Positions 47,453-56,895 of a DNA stretch of 64,000 nucleotides are shown here, piece by piece. The notes beneath the pieces are model-generated. The model had not been told where the DNA came from. It saw only the letters and a list, made by a program, of their open reading frames with translations, and ran no database searches. Source of the DNA: a bacterium. Its GTDB lineage: Bacteria > Bacteroidota > Bacteroidia > Bacteroidales > Muribaculaceae. The first letter of the stretch is position 1; the number at the start of each line of letters is the position of its first letter. The position numbers were made by a program, and so were the translations under genes. The stretch covers positions 531 through 64,530 of the forward strand of contig SFTJ01000004.1 in assembly GCA_004563195.1 (NCBI GenBank). The letters run 5' to 3'.

Positions 47453-48109
47453 ATGGAATTGGAATTGACAGCCGACGGCAGCTACACGCTATTTGTGCCC
47501 GAACTCAACGAGCACTATCACTCGGTGAAGGGTGCCCTCACCGAAGCGCAACACATATTCATCGATATGGCTCTGCGTCACTCGCGCGTGGAGTCGCCTC
47601 ACATTCTCGAGATAGGATTCGGCACGGGACTCAACTGCCTGCTCACTGCTCTCGAGGCTCAAAACTCGCATCGCTGCATCAGCTACACGGGCATAGAGCG
47701 CTATCCGCTTAGCCTCGATGTACTGCATCGCCTCGACTATCCTGCCATTGTGGGCAACGACTGCGCCGACCTTTATTATGCGCTGCATAGCGCCCCTTGG
47801 GGCGAACCCACACAAATCACTCCGCACTTCACGCTACAGAAAATCGAAGCCGATTTCACTCACTACACCTTCTCTCCGCACTTCGACATTATCTATTTCG
47901 ATGCTTTTGCTCCCGAAAAACAGCCTGAGATGTGGACACAACAACTTTTCGACCACCTCTACCAAGTGCTCAACCCGGGCGGCATACTCACCACCTACTG
48001 CGCCAAAGGCGTGGTGCGACGCATGCTGCAATCAGCCGGTTTCACGGTAGAACGCCTCCCCGGCCCCCCGGGCGGGAAACGCGAAATAATCCGCGCCTCA
48101 AAACCATGA
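47453..48109 (+). CDS. mnmD: tRNA (mnm5s2U34) methyltransferase MnmD (DUF752)
   Basis: 218 aa. TADGSYTLFVPELNEHYHSVKGALTEAQHIF, ILEIGFGTGLN and YFDAFAPEKQPEMW. Confidence 0.85.
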   Translation: MELELTADGSYTLFVPELNEHYHSVKGALTEAQHIFIDMALRHSRVESPHILEIGFGTGLNCLLTALEAQNSHRCISYTGIERYPLSLDVLHRLDYPAIVGNDCADLYYALHSAPWGEPTQITPHFTLQKIEADFTHYTFSPHFDIIYFDAFAPEKQPEMWTQQLFDHLYQVLNPGGILTTYCAKGVVRRMLQSAGFTVERLPGPPGGKREIIRASKP

Positions 48110-48153
48110 AACTCCCATAGGCACAAAAAATATCAGCCAGCCAAACGTATTCG

Positions 48154-49362
48154 TTAATTTGGCCACCAATCTGGCTTGTTGGGGGTGCCGCCGCGCTTTA
48201 TGCAGCTGCACATGTGTGGATAATAAAAGCGAGTGTTGGATGGCGTAATCTGATTATAAAAGCGAACGGTGCTCCATATCAAATACCCTTCAATCCTTTT
48301 ATTTTCCACCTCATCCCAGAATTGATCATCTGTAAACCCCGTATCACCGGGCACGGTGTAAGGTGCTCCATAGTCGTCGCTCAATATCTCTTTCACCTCC
48401 TCGCGGTCGATAAACATTCGCTTAACCGTAGGCACCGACGACGTTATAGTGCCTCTCATTATCTTTTCCTTATTGGTCAAGCAGGTGATATTGCCACGCA
48501 AATCGGTGGGCGTAGGCGGATAGAGCGTCACTTTCTGCTCGGTGAGTCGCTGCAACTCTGTGTAATAGGAAAATGCATCTCCCGACAGAGCATTAAAGAA
48601 CACTGTGATGCAATAAAGTCCATCAAACTTTATGCTACTGCCCGACACTTCTGCCACCTTGCAATGCTTTATTCGGTCCTCTTTGAGCGCCGATGCATTA
48701 TAGAGGTTGATAGTGCCGGAGTTTTGCTTCGCCCAACATTCGTTGTGGTAATTGGGATTGTTATAAAATTTATAATACTCCCAATTATAGTCCACTATAA
48801 ATCCACCATCATACACTGTTTCATATATTCTCAACGGTGCTTTAACCTCAAAGTTTTCTTCGTAGGTCCACATGTATTTAGTATTACCATTGAGCTTATC
48901 TACATCGGCATAGATTTCTACCGAACCTTTGTTTTTATTGATTTCGTAATAAATGCGTGAGATTTCGGGTGCTTCGAGCACTTCCATATAGGTGGTAGCA
49001 TAATCATCGCCATTTACGGTTATCTCCATGCGATATTTACCACCCGGCTTGGCATCGTAGGTGTCAATCTCAAACATGCGGGTATCAGCGTTATACACGC
49101 CTTTCTTGCTTTTAAAGCCATTATCACCCACCACATACACCGAGGCTTTATCCACATATATCTCCTCCCACTTCGATAGCGGAGTGGCACGCTGCACACT
49201 CACATACGACTGCGCTCCCACCTTTATCTCACCGCAGGCATAGAGTTCGTTGGCTGTTACTTCAAGTTCGGGCAGATTATACTCTTCGATACAGCTTGCC
49301 AAAAACAACATCGGCACCATCAACACAAACAACATTGCTTTCCTCAGTATGGTATTCTTCAT
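48154..49362 (-). CDS. hypothetical lipoprotein (possibly DUF4249-like)
   Basis: ATG at 49362 (MKNTILRKAMLFVLMVPMLFLASC, lipobox); the listed start at 49392 is a TTG. The family assignment is tentative. Confidence 0.6.
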   Translation of the reverse strand: MKNTILRKAMLFVLMVPMLFLASCIEEYNLPELEVTANELYACGEIKVGAQSYVSVQRATPLSKWEEIYVDKASVYVVGDNGFKSKKGVYNADTRMFEIDTYDAKPGGKYRMEITVNGDDYATTYMEVLEAPEISRIYYEINKNKGSVEIYADVDKLNGNTKYMWTYEENFEVKAPLRIYETVYDGGFIVDYNWEYYKFYNNPNYHNECWAKQNSGTINLYNASALKEDRIKHCKVAEVSGSSIKFDGLYCITVFFNALSGDAFSYYTELQRLTEQKVTLYPPTPTDLRGNITCLTNKEKIMRGTITSSVPTVKRMFIDREEVKEILSDDYGAPYTVPGDTGFTDDQFWDEVENKRIEGYLIWSTVRFYNQITPSNTRFYYPHMCSCIKRGGTPNKPDWWPN

Positions 49363-49400
49363 ATTTAGTCTTGTTTTAGTTTTGTATTTCAATTACACCA

Positions 49401-49431
49401 CAAATATACCAATAGCTAAGCATATTTCAAA
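49401..49431 (-). promoter_or_regulatory. consensus Bacteroidetes promoter TTTG-N19-TATATTTG for the lipoprotein gene
   Basis: On the minus strand the -33 TTTG is at 49428-49431 and the -7 TATATTTG is at 49401-49408, about 40 nt upstream of the ATG at 49362. Confidence 0.5.
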
Positions 49432-49530
49432 ACCATTTCTCCACAAAAATCCCACTACAGACACCTTATCACTATATCCCCCCCCCCAAAAAACAGCATA
49501 CCAATGCTCGCAAGCACCCATCCGCCCCTG

Positions 49531-49566
49531 AAAATACTAAAAGGGCGTTACCTCTCGGCAACGCCC
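49531..49566 (-). terminator. intrinsic terminator after the orphan small ORF
   Basis: 7-bp GC-rich stem GGGCGTT (49543-49549) / AACGCCC (49560-49566). The minus-strand read continues TTTTAGTATTTT. Confidence 0.65.
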
Positions 49567-49601
49567 TCCAAAATTGTGTTTTACATCTCTCTTTGATGCT
49601 A

Positions 49602-49811
49602 TTATCTTACCATGATTTTTTCTACTTGCAGTCCTGAGACACGCACATATATGCCGGGGCAAAGGTTGCTCTCTGCCACTCGCACGCCATGCATATCAAA
49701 GTATACCGACACCACACCGGCTGCGCCGTCGATGTCATCTACACATCGATTATGCTTGAATATCAAGCTCATTCGCTCGATGATGCTTTGTTTTATATCG
49801 CTTGATGTCAT
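49602..49811 (-). CDS. orphan 69-aa ORF resembling a T9SS C-terminal sorting domain (possible gene remnant)
   Basis: ...GVVSVYFDMHGVRVAESNLCPGIYVRVSGLQVEKIMVR loosely fits the CTD pattern v.vYd..Gr.v....l..GiYiv....KI.V. It has its own terminator but no upstream ORF. Confidence 0.3.
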   Translation of the reverse strand: MTSSDIKQSIIERMSLIFKHNRCVDDIDGAAGVVSVYFDMHGVRVAESNLCPGIYVRVSGLQVEKIMVR

Positions 49812-50230
49812 ATCACCAAAATGATTTACTAAAAATAAATAATATAGTTTTAAGGCATATTACCGATGCAGCCGCTCGCCAAGCGTAATACTCGCTGCGC
49901 CTCGCTCATCGTCGTTATCAAGTGCTTTTGCGCAACATATCATTGCACAATGTTTGCTTAAGTTTTACCTACACGCCGTCACACCTCTCTGTGTGCCCGA
50001 TTGTTGCATCTACAGAAAAGTGTACGATTTATCTTATTCACTATTTCTAATGGATAACGCGTAGATTGATAAAAATAATCAGGTCATACAAATCAACAGC
50101 AAATATATGCACAAATGTTAATTATCGCCAAAACATTTGCTAAAAAATCTTCAAAAAAAGTTTTTCTTAGTAATATCTATGTAACTCTACTAATGTTGCG
50201 CGCATTAGAGGTTTGGCTTTTAGCCAATGC

Positions 50231-51160
50231 CTATCGCCACCACTCGGTGGTGGTGGCGGCGGTGCAGAAGTAGCTCGAGCACACAAGTGCTACTGCAAAC
50301 AGCACGGTAAAGATGAGCATGGCGCGTGCGGTGCCGCCGAGAAGCGGATTGAGCGCGGCGCCGCTCTTGCTCTTGAGCTGTGCCCAGCACGAGAGGTGTA
50401 TTATCAGGTAAACCACTGCCGGAGCAACGCCCCACCATGCGCCCATCAGCATCAATCGCAGCCACACGGGCGAGAGTATGAATATTGCCACAAATCCGTT
50501 TATCAGATATGCCGTGGCGGCAAGCGGGCGTCCGAAAATCACCACCGAGGTGTGTTTGCCGGCGTCGATATCGTCTTCCATATCGCGATAATTATTTACA
50601 AGCAGCACATTCACGCCCATAAAACCTATAGCTATCGATGCCAACAGGGCAAATGCATCGAAATGCCCTGCCTGAACGTAGTAGGTGAAATTGACGGGCA
50701 CAAGCCCGAAAAACACAAACACGGCGGCTTCGCCGAGTCCGTGATACGACAGCGGATAGGGTCCGGCGCTATAGGCGAGGGCAAACACGGCTATCACCAC
50801 GCCCACTATTAAGAGCCACCACTCGCCGTAGAAAAGCAGTCCGCAGCCCACGGCGCATGCCGCCACAAGGGTGGCAAAGGTGACATTGCGCAAGGTGGTG
50901 GGCTTGATGTCGCCCTCGGTGACGCCGCGGCGTGGTCCCACGCGACCTTTTTTGTCGGCTCCGCGAAGAAAATCGTAGTATTCGTTGGCGAGATTGCTCA
51001 CCACCTGTGCCAATATGGCAAAAAGCAAGCAGAGCACCGCTGGCACCCATCGTTCTTCGCCAAACCACACAGCCATAGCTATGGCTATCACCACGCCCGA
51101 CACCGACACCGGCAGGGTGCGCAAGCGTATAGCCTCTATCCACACTTTCAGTCGTTTCAT
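50231..51160 (-). CDS. menA: 1,4-dihydroxy-2-naphthoate polyprenyltransferase
   Basis: 309 aa polytopic UbiA-family protein. WIEAIRLRTLPVS, NEYYDFLRGADKKGRVGPRRG and NNYRDMEDD. Confidence 0.9.
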   Translation of the reverse strand: MKRLKVWIEAIRLRTLPVSVSGVVIAIAMAVWFGEERWVPAVLCLLFAILAQVVSNLANEYYDFLRGADKKGRVGPRRGVTEGDIKPTTLRNVTFATLVAACAVGCGLLFYGEWWLLIVGVVIAVFALAYSAGPYPLSYHGLGEAAVFVFFGLVPVNFTYYVQAGHFDAFALLASIAIGFMGVNVLLVNNYRDMEDDIDAGKHTSVVIFGRPLAATAYLINGFVAIFILSPVWLRLMLMGAWWGVAPAVVYLIIHLSCWAQLKSKSGAALNPLLGGTARAMLIFTVLFAVALVCSSYFCTAATTTEWWR

Positions 51161-51256
51161 TTTTCTCTTTTATCGTCATTTTTCTCGCCTCGCCATGTGG
51201 CTTTAGCCGAGGTAACGGCCATTGGGGCGAGCCATTATTCTATTTTTTGGTGTTTA

Positions 51257-52852
51257 TTATTGTTTCTGTTTTCCGGATGCACCTTCTTCATCGAGCCCGA
51301 AGCAGTGCAGCACAGCCTGGCGTATGGCTTTTGCCTCGCGCCCGTTGTGCTTGAGTATGTTGAGAATGGTCTTGATATATTCATCTTTATTCTTCAATCC
51401 GCACAACTGAGCCACGCCGCACTGGGTGAGCATGGTCTTCTCGTTGAATACGCGCAGCACCATATCGTAGTTGTTGGTGTCGGAATATGATTTGAAGCAT
51501 TGGCATATATCTTCATACATCTCGCGGGGCTTAATCTCATTGATGAGAAATATCATGTGCTTCTCGAGTGCAGTGATGTCTTCGAAGCGCTTATCGATGC
51601 GCACCTCCACATTGCGCTTCACGCGATGTCGCACATGCTCGAGTGCCTGCTCGGTCTGGTCGGCGCGAAACATGCTCAGCACATTGCGCTTAACGCGTGC
51701 AAACACGCGCTCTTCGTCGCACTGCCTGTAGCGAGCCACGGCGCGTATCACACCTTCGAGCAGAAGTATGTTTTCCACCTCTGCCACATTAGGCACAAAT
51801 ATTCGTTTGTTGCGCAGATATTTCACCTCGCCCTCGTCGCGGCGGTCGCGGTCCACTATGCCGCGGCTGTCGAGGTTGTGAAACGACTGCAGCTGATTGA
51901 ACGACCGTGTGGCTTCTATCACCTTGTCGCAGCTGCCCATAGGCTTCACGGTGTATTCCTTAAACACGAGTGTATACAATTTCGAGTCGATGCTATGCAC
52001 GCTGTCGCCTTCGATAAAAAGTATAGGTTTGCGGCTGCCGAGCAGGTCTACATACAGTTCCTCGCTTAATTCCTCGCCGGGATTGACAAATTCGTAGTCC
52101 CACGACTCGTGAGCCACATCGAACGATTTCACCCAGATGCACTTATTATCGATGCGCGAAGTGGCAAACTGCACATCGTGGGTGCTGTAGACAAAGGTGC
52201 AGTCGGGGCGCATCTCTTCTATTTCGTTCCACAGCGACTGTATAAGGCTCGGGTGGATAAATATCTCGGGATCGTCTACCATCACCAACGCATTGTCTGG
52301 CGCATAGAGGGCGGCTCCTATGTAGTAGAGGGCGGCTTTCTCGCCGTCGCTCAACCGCAGGGTGGAATAGGGATTCTCGTCAAGGTCGTTCTTGATGAGC
52401 AGTCGGGCTCCGTCACGCAAAATCTTGTTTTTGGGAAATATGGCTTGCCACACATGCACCAAGGTGTCGAGTTTGGTGCGTGGCGGAAGGGTCTCATTGC
52501 CTCCGAGCAGCATACTGCTCTTGTAGCCTATGAGTTCCATAAATTCGTCGCTCATCAGCAGCACCACCAAGCGTTCGAATTCGGTGTTTGCCTTGCTCTC
52601 AAACATCTGATTGGCTTTCAGCAAGTCGTTATAACGGCTCTCTATGCTTCCGGGCATGATGTTGTGATAGGTCTCGGAATGTATTCCCTTGAGCGCCGAC
52701 ATGCGATAAGCGCGGTCGCCGAAACTTTGCAACAACTTGTTGCAAAATCGGCTCTTGCCTGCACCGTTGGCTCCTATCACGGTTATCTGGTTGCCATTGG
52801 TAACCATTGTCTGCTCTTGGCCGTCTTGTCGTTGGGGCAACTTTATTTCCAT
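51257..52852 (-). CDS. fused ABC-type ATPase / DUF4435 (Toprim-like) protein
   Basis: 531 aa. Walker A GANGAGKS (aa 27-34), signature-like LSDGEK (167-172), Walker B LVMVDDPE (189-196) and H-loop STHD (223-226). These are followed by ILFIEGDS (277-284), IVDRDRR (332-338) and VAEVENILL (356-364), typical of DUF4435. Confidence 0.7.
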   Translation of the reverse strand: MEIKLPQRQDGQEQTMVTNGNQITVIGANGAGKSRFCNKLLQSFGDRAYRMSALKGIHSETYHNIMPGSIESRYNDLLKANQMFESKANTEFERLVVLLMSDEFMELIGYKSSMLLGGNETLPPRTKLDTLVHVWQAIFPKNKILRDGARLLIKNDLDENPYSTLRLSDGEKAALYYIGAALYAPDNALVMVDDPEIFIHPSLIQSLWNEIEEMRPDCTFVYSTHDVQFATSRIDNKCIWVKSFDVAHESWDYEFVNPGEELSEELYVDLLGSRKPILFIEGDSVHSIDSKLYTLVFKEYTVKPMGSCDKVIEATRSFNQLQSFHNLDSRGIVDRDRRDEGEVKYLRNKRIFVPNVAEVENILLLEGVIRAVARYRQCDEERVFARVKRNVLSMFRADQTEQALEHVRHRVKRNVEVRIDKRFEDITALEKHMIFLINEIKPREMYEDICQCFKSYSDTNNYDMVLRVFNEKTMLTQCGVAQLCGLKNKDEYIKTILNILKHNGREAKAIRQAVLHCFGLDEEGASGKQKQ

Positions 52853-53165
52853 AGTCGTTATTCTATTGTGGAGTGTATCGTGGTTTTCTGTTATCTACTC
52901 ACGAAGTTACATCTTTCTCGCCGCAATTCAAAGTTGTTATCGGATTTTTGACCTCCCATTTTACCTTTATTATCACTTTTTGCGAAAATTATTGCTACAT
53001 ATCATTTACAACCGAGCTAAATTAATCATTATTAAGCCCACCCGATTTGCATAAATTGTTAGCATACATTAAATTTGCATTGCAACATACTATAGCGACT
53101 AAATCAATTATTTTATTATCACCCATCTTCTGCGCCAACACAGAAGTGGCATTCAAAAATCTATA

Positions 53166-53684
53166 GTGAAGCGAATAGGCATTTTATCCGACACTCATTC
53201 CTACTGGGATGACCGCTACGCCAAGTATTTCGAGCACTGCGACGAAATATGGCATGCAGGCGACATCGGCGACGAAGCGATTATCGACCGTCTCGAAACT
53301 ATTGCGCCCGTGGTGCGTGCCGTGTATGGCAACATCGATGGCGCAAACTTGCGCCGCCGCCTCCGCCCGATGGAAATATTCACCACCGACGGCGTGAAGG
53401 TGGTGCTCACTCACATCGGCGGTTATCCCGGACATTATGCCCCGGGCATTCGCTCTCGCCTCGACATCTCGATGCCGCAACTATTTGTCGACGGGCACTC
53501 ACACATACTCAAGATTATGCCCGACCGCGAGTTCAACCTGCTTCACATCAACCCCGGCGCCGCCGGTAAGCAGGGTTGGCAGACGGTGAGAACTCTGGTG
53601 ATTATCACCATCGACGCCGGTGCAGTGAAGGATGCCGAAGTGATAGAACTCGCCGACCCTCCGACGAATAAGCCCCGAAAATAA
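53166..53684 (+). CDS. YfcE/MJ0936-family metallophosphoesterase
   Basis: 172 aa with a GTG start. ILSDTHS, HAGDIG, YGNIDG and GHSH. Confidence 0.85.
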   Translation: MKRIGILSDTHSYWDDRYAKYFEHCDEIWHAGDIGDEAIIDRLETIAPVVRAVYGNIDGANLRRRLRPMEIFTTDGVKVVLTHIGGYPGHYAPGIRSRLDISMPQLFVDGHSHILKIMPDREFNLLHINPGAAGKQGWQTVRTLVIITIDAGAVKDAEVIELADPPTNKPRK

Positions 53685-53735
53685 GGGCAATACTTAGAGA
53701 TTAGAATCATTAACTCAATTATAATACTTGGCATT

Positions 53736-54245
53736 ATGACAAGACTTTTTCTTAATACTCTCCGAGCAATAGCAGCATGCGCCGTATGCGCGCTCTCGCT
53801 TTCGTCGTGCCACACCACCGAAGAAAACTATAAGGCATCCTACGATATAGCAGTTCAAAAATCTCGCCAAGGCATAGGCGAGGAGGCTTACAACAAAATC
53901 GAAGCCGAAAAGCATCAAGCCACCGACGTAATCAACGGCGACTCGGTGCGAATAGTGAACCGTTATGTGGGATATATCGACGTTTCACGCGAGGAAACCA
54001 AACTCTACAGCGTGATTCTCGCCGAATTCAAGCAGCGAGCCAACGCCCGCTCGATGCGCGACCGCCTCATTGCTAAAGGTCACAAATCCTATGTACTCTA
54101 CTATGCCACCGACAAACTCTATTATGTGGTGGTAGAGGGCTTCGACACCGCCGAGGAGGCTGCCGCATTTATCCACGATGCCGACAAAAAGGTGAAGATG
54201 AAAGTCAACTTAAGCAAACTATGGATTTTGAAACGTCTATATTAA
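53736..54245 (+). CDS. SPOR-domain lipoprotein
   Basis: 169 aa. Lipobox LSLSSC and a C-terminal SPOR repeat YSVILAEFKQRANARSMRDRLIAKGHKSYVLYY...YYVVVEGFDTAEEAAAF. Confidence 0.8.
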   Translation: MTRLFLNTLRAIAACAVCALSLSSCHTTEENYKASYDIAVQKSRQGIGEEAYNKIEAEKHQATDVINGDSVRIVNRYVGYIDVSREETKLYSVILAEFKQRANARSMRDRLIAKGHKSYVLYYATDKLYYVVVEGFDTAEEAAAFIHDADKKVKMKVNLSKLWILKRLY

Positions 54246-54754
54246 AACTGCTTCAAGAATCATTTGCATCGATAGGCGTCGATGGCTCCTTCCGTGAGCA
54301 TTACACTCGCGTCTACTTCAATGCCATGACTCACTTCGTGGAGCTCGAAGGCGACATCCCCGCCGGCATCATGCAGATGCTGCGCTTTGAGGACAGCCGG
54401 GGCTTGCGAGGCGGCTATTTCTATGGACTTTTCACACTTCCTCAGTTTCGCTGCCGCGGCATTGGGCGCGGCTTGATTTCCGATGCTATTGCCACTCTCT
54501 ACTGCGACTCGTTCGACTACGTAGTGCTAATCCCGCACAGCGCAGAATCGATGCGCTGGTATCGTAAAGTGGGCTTCGAAACCATCGCCGACAATCACAT
54601 CTCGGTGCTCGGATTCGATGGCACCAACCTAACCACCGGCAAGGACAACAGCCTCCCCGCCATGTACTACGCCCTCCACGACAACTTCGACCAAATCCCC
54701 ACCGACAACGTCATCAAAATCCCGCAACAAGACTGCTTCGACTTCGAGTTTTAA
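54221..54754 (+). CDS. GNAT-family N-acetyltransferase
   Basis: 177 aa. Acyl-CoA motif LPQFRCRGIGRGLISDAI. It overlaps the SPOR gene by 25 nt. Confidence 0.75.
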   Translation: MDFETSILKLLQESFASIGVDGSFREHYTRVYFNAMTHFVELEGDIPAGIMQMLRFEDSRGLRGGYFYGLFTLPQFRCRGIGRGLISDAIATLYCDSFDYVVLIPHSAESMRWYRKVGFETIADNHISVLGFDGTNLTTGKDNSLPAMYYALHDNFDQIPTDNVIKIPQQDCFDFEF

Positions 54755-54821
54755 GCCACAAATACCGCCGCAGGCATTTTTCTTACCTCTATTATGACGA
54801 TGATAATTAGGGATAATTTGC

Positions 54822-54829
54822 TATCTTTG
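54822..54829 (+). promoter_or_regulatory. candidate -7 box (TATCTTTG) for the TIGR02757-family gene
   Basis: Matches TAnnTTTG 47 nt upstream of the ATG at 54876. No clean -33. Confidence 0.3.
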
Positions 54830-54875
54830 CACTGCAATATTACCATATAAATTTTAACCCATTCCACTCAGCGCA

Positions 54876-55667
54876 ATGAACGACAGCGATTTTCAAAGTC
54901 TGAAACAATTTCTCGACAGTGAGGCGTTTCGCATCAATCACCCCGATTTTATCGCCAACGACCCGGTGCAGTTTCCGCGCCGATTCGAACGCTTGCAGGA
55001 CATCGAGGTGGTGGCGTTTCTCTCGGCTGCCATCGCTTGGGGCAAACGAAAAATGATTTGCAACAATTGCGAAAAAATGCTCTCGATAATGGAGAACCAA
55101 CCTCTCGACTATATCCTCGACGAGGCTTATGAGGCTCTCCCCGACATAAATATTCATCGCACTTTCTTTGCCCGCGACTTTAAATATATGCTTCGCGGTT
55201 TTAACCGAATATTTCGCCACTATGGCTCGCTACACGACTTTGCTGCGGCTCACCATGTGGGCGAAAGTGAAACTCCTTCGTGGCGCCTTGTGGAACTGAT
55301 GCAGGGCGAATTTTCCACCGCCAATGAGGGCAACACCAATTCGCAATGCTTGCCCACTCAACTGCGAAACACTGCTCTGAAACGCATCAATATGGCTCTG
55401 CGTTGGCTGGTGCGCAACGATGGCATAGTAGACCTGGGCGTGTGGACCGGAATAAAGCCTTCGCAACTCTTTATACCGCTCGATGTGCATGTGGGCGACA
55501 CGGCTCGCGCATTGGGCATCATCACTCGTCGCGCCAACGACAAACGCACCGTGCTCGAACTCACCGAGGTGTTGCGCACTATGCGGCCCGACGACCCGGT
55601 TATCTACGATTTTGCTCTCTTCGGTATTGGAATAGGTGATAAATATCTGCACCCTACTATTGAATAA
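54876..55667 (+). CDS. TIGR02757/DUF2400-family protein
   Basis: 263 aa. DPVQFPRRF..., AWGKRKMI and PLDVHVGDTARALGI resemble this family, recognised by pattern only. Confidence 0.65.
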   Translation: MNDSDFQSLKQFLDSEAFRINHPDFIANDPVQFPRRFERLQDIEVVAFLSAAIAWGKRKMICNNCEKMLSIMENQPLDYILDEAYEALPDINIHRTFFARDFKYMLRGFNRIFRHYGSLHDFAAAHHVGESETPSWRLVELMQGEFSTANEGNTNSQCLPTQLRNTALKRINMALRWLVRNDGIVDLGVWTGIKPSQLFIPLDVHVGDTARALGIITRRANDKRTVLELTEVLRTMRPDDPVIYDFALFGIGIGDKYLHPTIE

Positions 55668-55691
55668 CCATCTCATCGTAACACATTGATT

Positions 55692-56891
55692 ATGAAATAC
55701 AACTTCGATAAAATAGTAGACCGCCGCCAAGTGGCTACAGTGAAATATGGCAAATGCGCCGACGTTTTCGGCACCGACGATGTCACGCCGCTTTGGGTGG
55801 CTGATATGGATTTTGAGGTTTGCCCCGCCATCAGCGAGGCTCTTATGGAGCGCTTTAAACATACTGTCTACGGCTACTCTATGCCCACCGATGAATTTTG
55901 GCAGTCGATTATCGACTGGGAAGCGCGTCGCAACAATTTTCATTTCACTCGCGAGGACTTGACATTTGTGCCGGGAATAGTGCGTGGCATAGCTTATGCG
56001 GTGAACTATTTCACCTCGCCGGGCGACAAAATAGTGATACAACAACCTGTGTATCACCCGTTTCGTAATGTCTCAGTGGGCAATCGCCGATTGGTGGTGA
56101 GCAACGACCTTGTTGAAGCCGCCGATGGTTCATACCGTATGAATCTCGACCATTTGGAACAAATATTTGCCGAAGAGCATCCTCGAATGATGATTCTCTG
56201 CAACCCTCACAACCCTATAGGCATAGCCTGGGATGCCGCCACTCTTGCCCAAATAGCGCGAATGGCCAAGCTCTACGGCGTGATAGTGCTCAGCGATGAA
56301 ATTCACAGCGACCTCGTGCTGCGTGGCAAGCAGCACTGCACTTTTACCAATTCGTGCCCCGAAGCTCAAGAGGTGGGCATCACGTTCGGCGCCCCGTCGA
56401 AAACATTTAACATTGCCGGAATAGTAAGCAGTTGGTGTGTTATCAAGAACCCCGAGTTGCGCAAAGGATTTTTCGAATGGATGGAGGTAAACGAATTCAG
56501 CGACCCCACTTTTATGGCATGCATAGCCACCGAAGCAGCCTATCGCCACGGCGAAGAATGGCTCGAGCAGGCAAAACGCTACATTGAAGACAACATCGAC
56601 TTTGTGGCAGACTTCTGCCACGAGCACATTCCCGGCGTGCGAGCCATCAAACCCGAAGCATCGTTTTTGATGTGGCTCGACTGCCGCTCGCTCGGTCTCG
56701 ATGCCGATGCGCTCAATCGCCTATTTATCCATAAGGCTCATCTGGGGCTCAATCGCGGCGATATGTTCGGCGCCAAAGGTGCAGGATTTATGCGATTCAA
56801 CATAGCCACACAGCGCTCAGTCCTCGCCCAAGCCCTACAAAACCTCGCCAAAGCCATAAATGAACTACAAAGCGAGTGCATAAGCAGGTGA
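55692..56891 (+). CDS. MalY/PatB-type PLP-dependent C-S lyase (cystathionine beta-lyase-like)
   Basis: ATG at 55692 (MKYNFDKIVDRR...). WVADMDF, CNPHNPIG and APSKTFNIAG (PLP lysine). Confidence 0.85.
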   Translation: MKYNFDKIVDRRQVATVKYGKCADVFGTDDVTPLWVADMDFEVCPAISEALMERFKHTVYGYSMPTDEFWQSIIDWEARRNNFHFTREDLTFVPGIVRGIAYAVNYFTSPGDKIVIQQPVYHPFRNVSVGNRRLVVSNDLVEAADGSYRMNLDHLEQIFAEEHPRMMILCNPHNPIGIAWDAATLAQIARMAKLYGVIVLSDEIHSDLVLRGKQHCTFTNSCPEAQEVGITFGAPSKTFNIAGIVSSWCVIKNPELRKGFFEWMEVNEFSDPTFMACIATEAAYRHGEEWLEQAKRYIEDNIDFVADFCHEHIPGVRAIKPEASFLMWLDCRSLGLDADALNRLFIHKAHLGLNRGDMFGAKGAGFMRFNIATQRSVLAQALQNLAKAINELQSECISR

Positions 56892-56895
56892 TTAT

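Noticed and set aside
48216-48224. DnaA box TGTGGATAA (and a near-match TTATCCGCA at 33818-33826 near gyrB) as a sign of oriC
   Set aside because: These are single isolated boxes, one of them inside a coding region. There is no cluster, no AT-rich unwinding element and no dnaA/dnaN nearby.
49478-49487. Poly-G tract as a promoter-spacer phase-variation switch
   Set aside because: A complete TTTG-N19-TATATTTG promoter lies at 49401-49431, and the tract is about 47 nt further upstream. It therefore cannot change the -33/-7 spacing. I kept it only as a low-interest observation.
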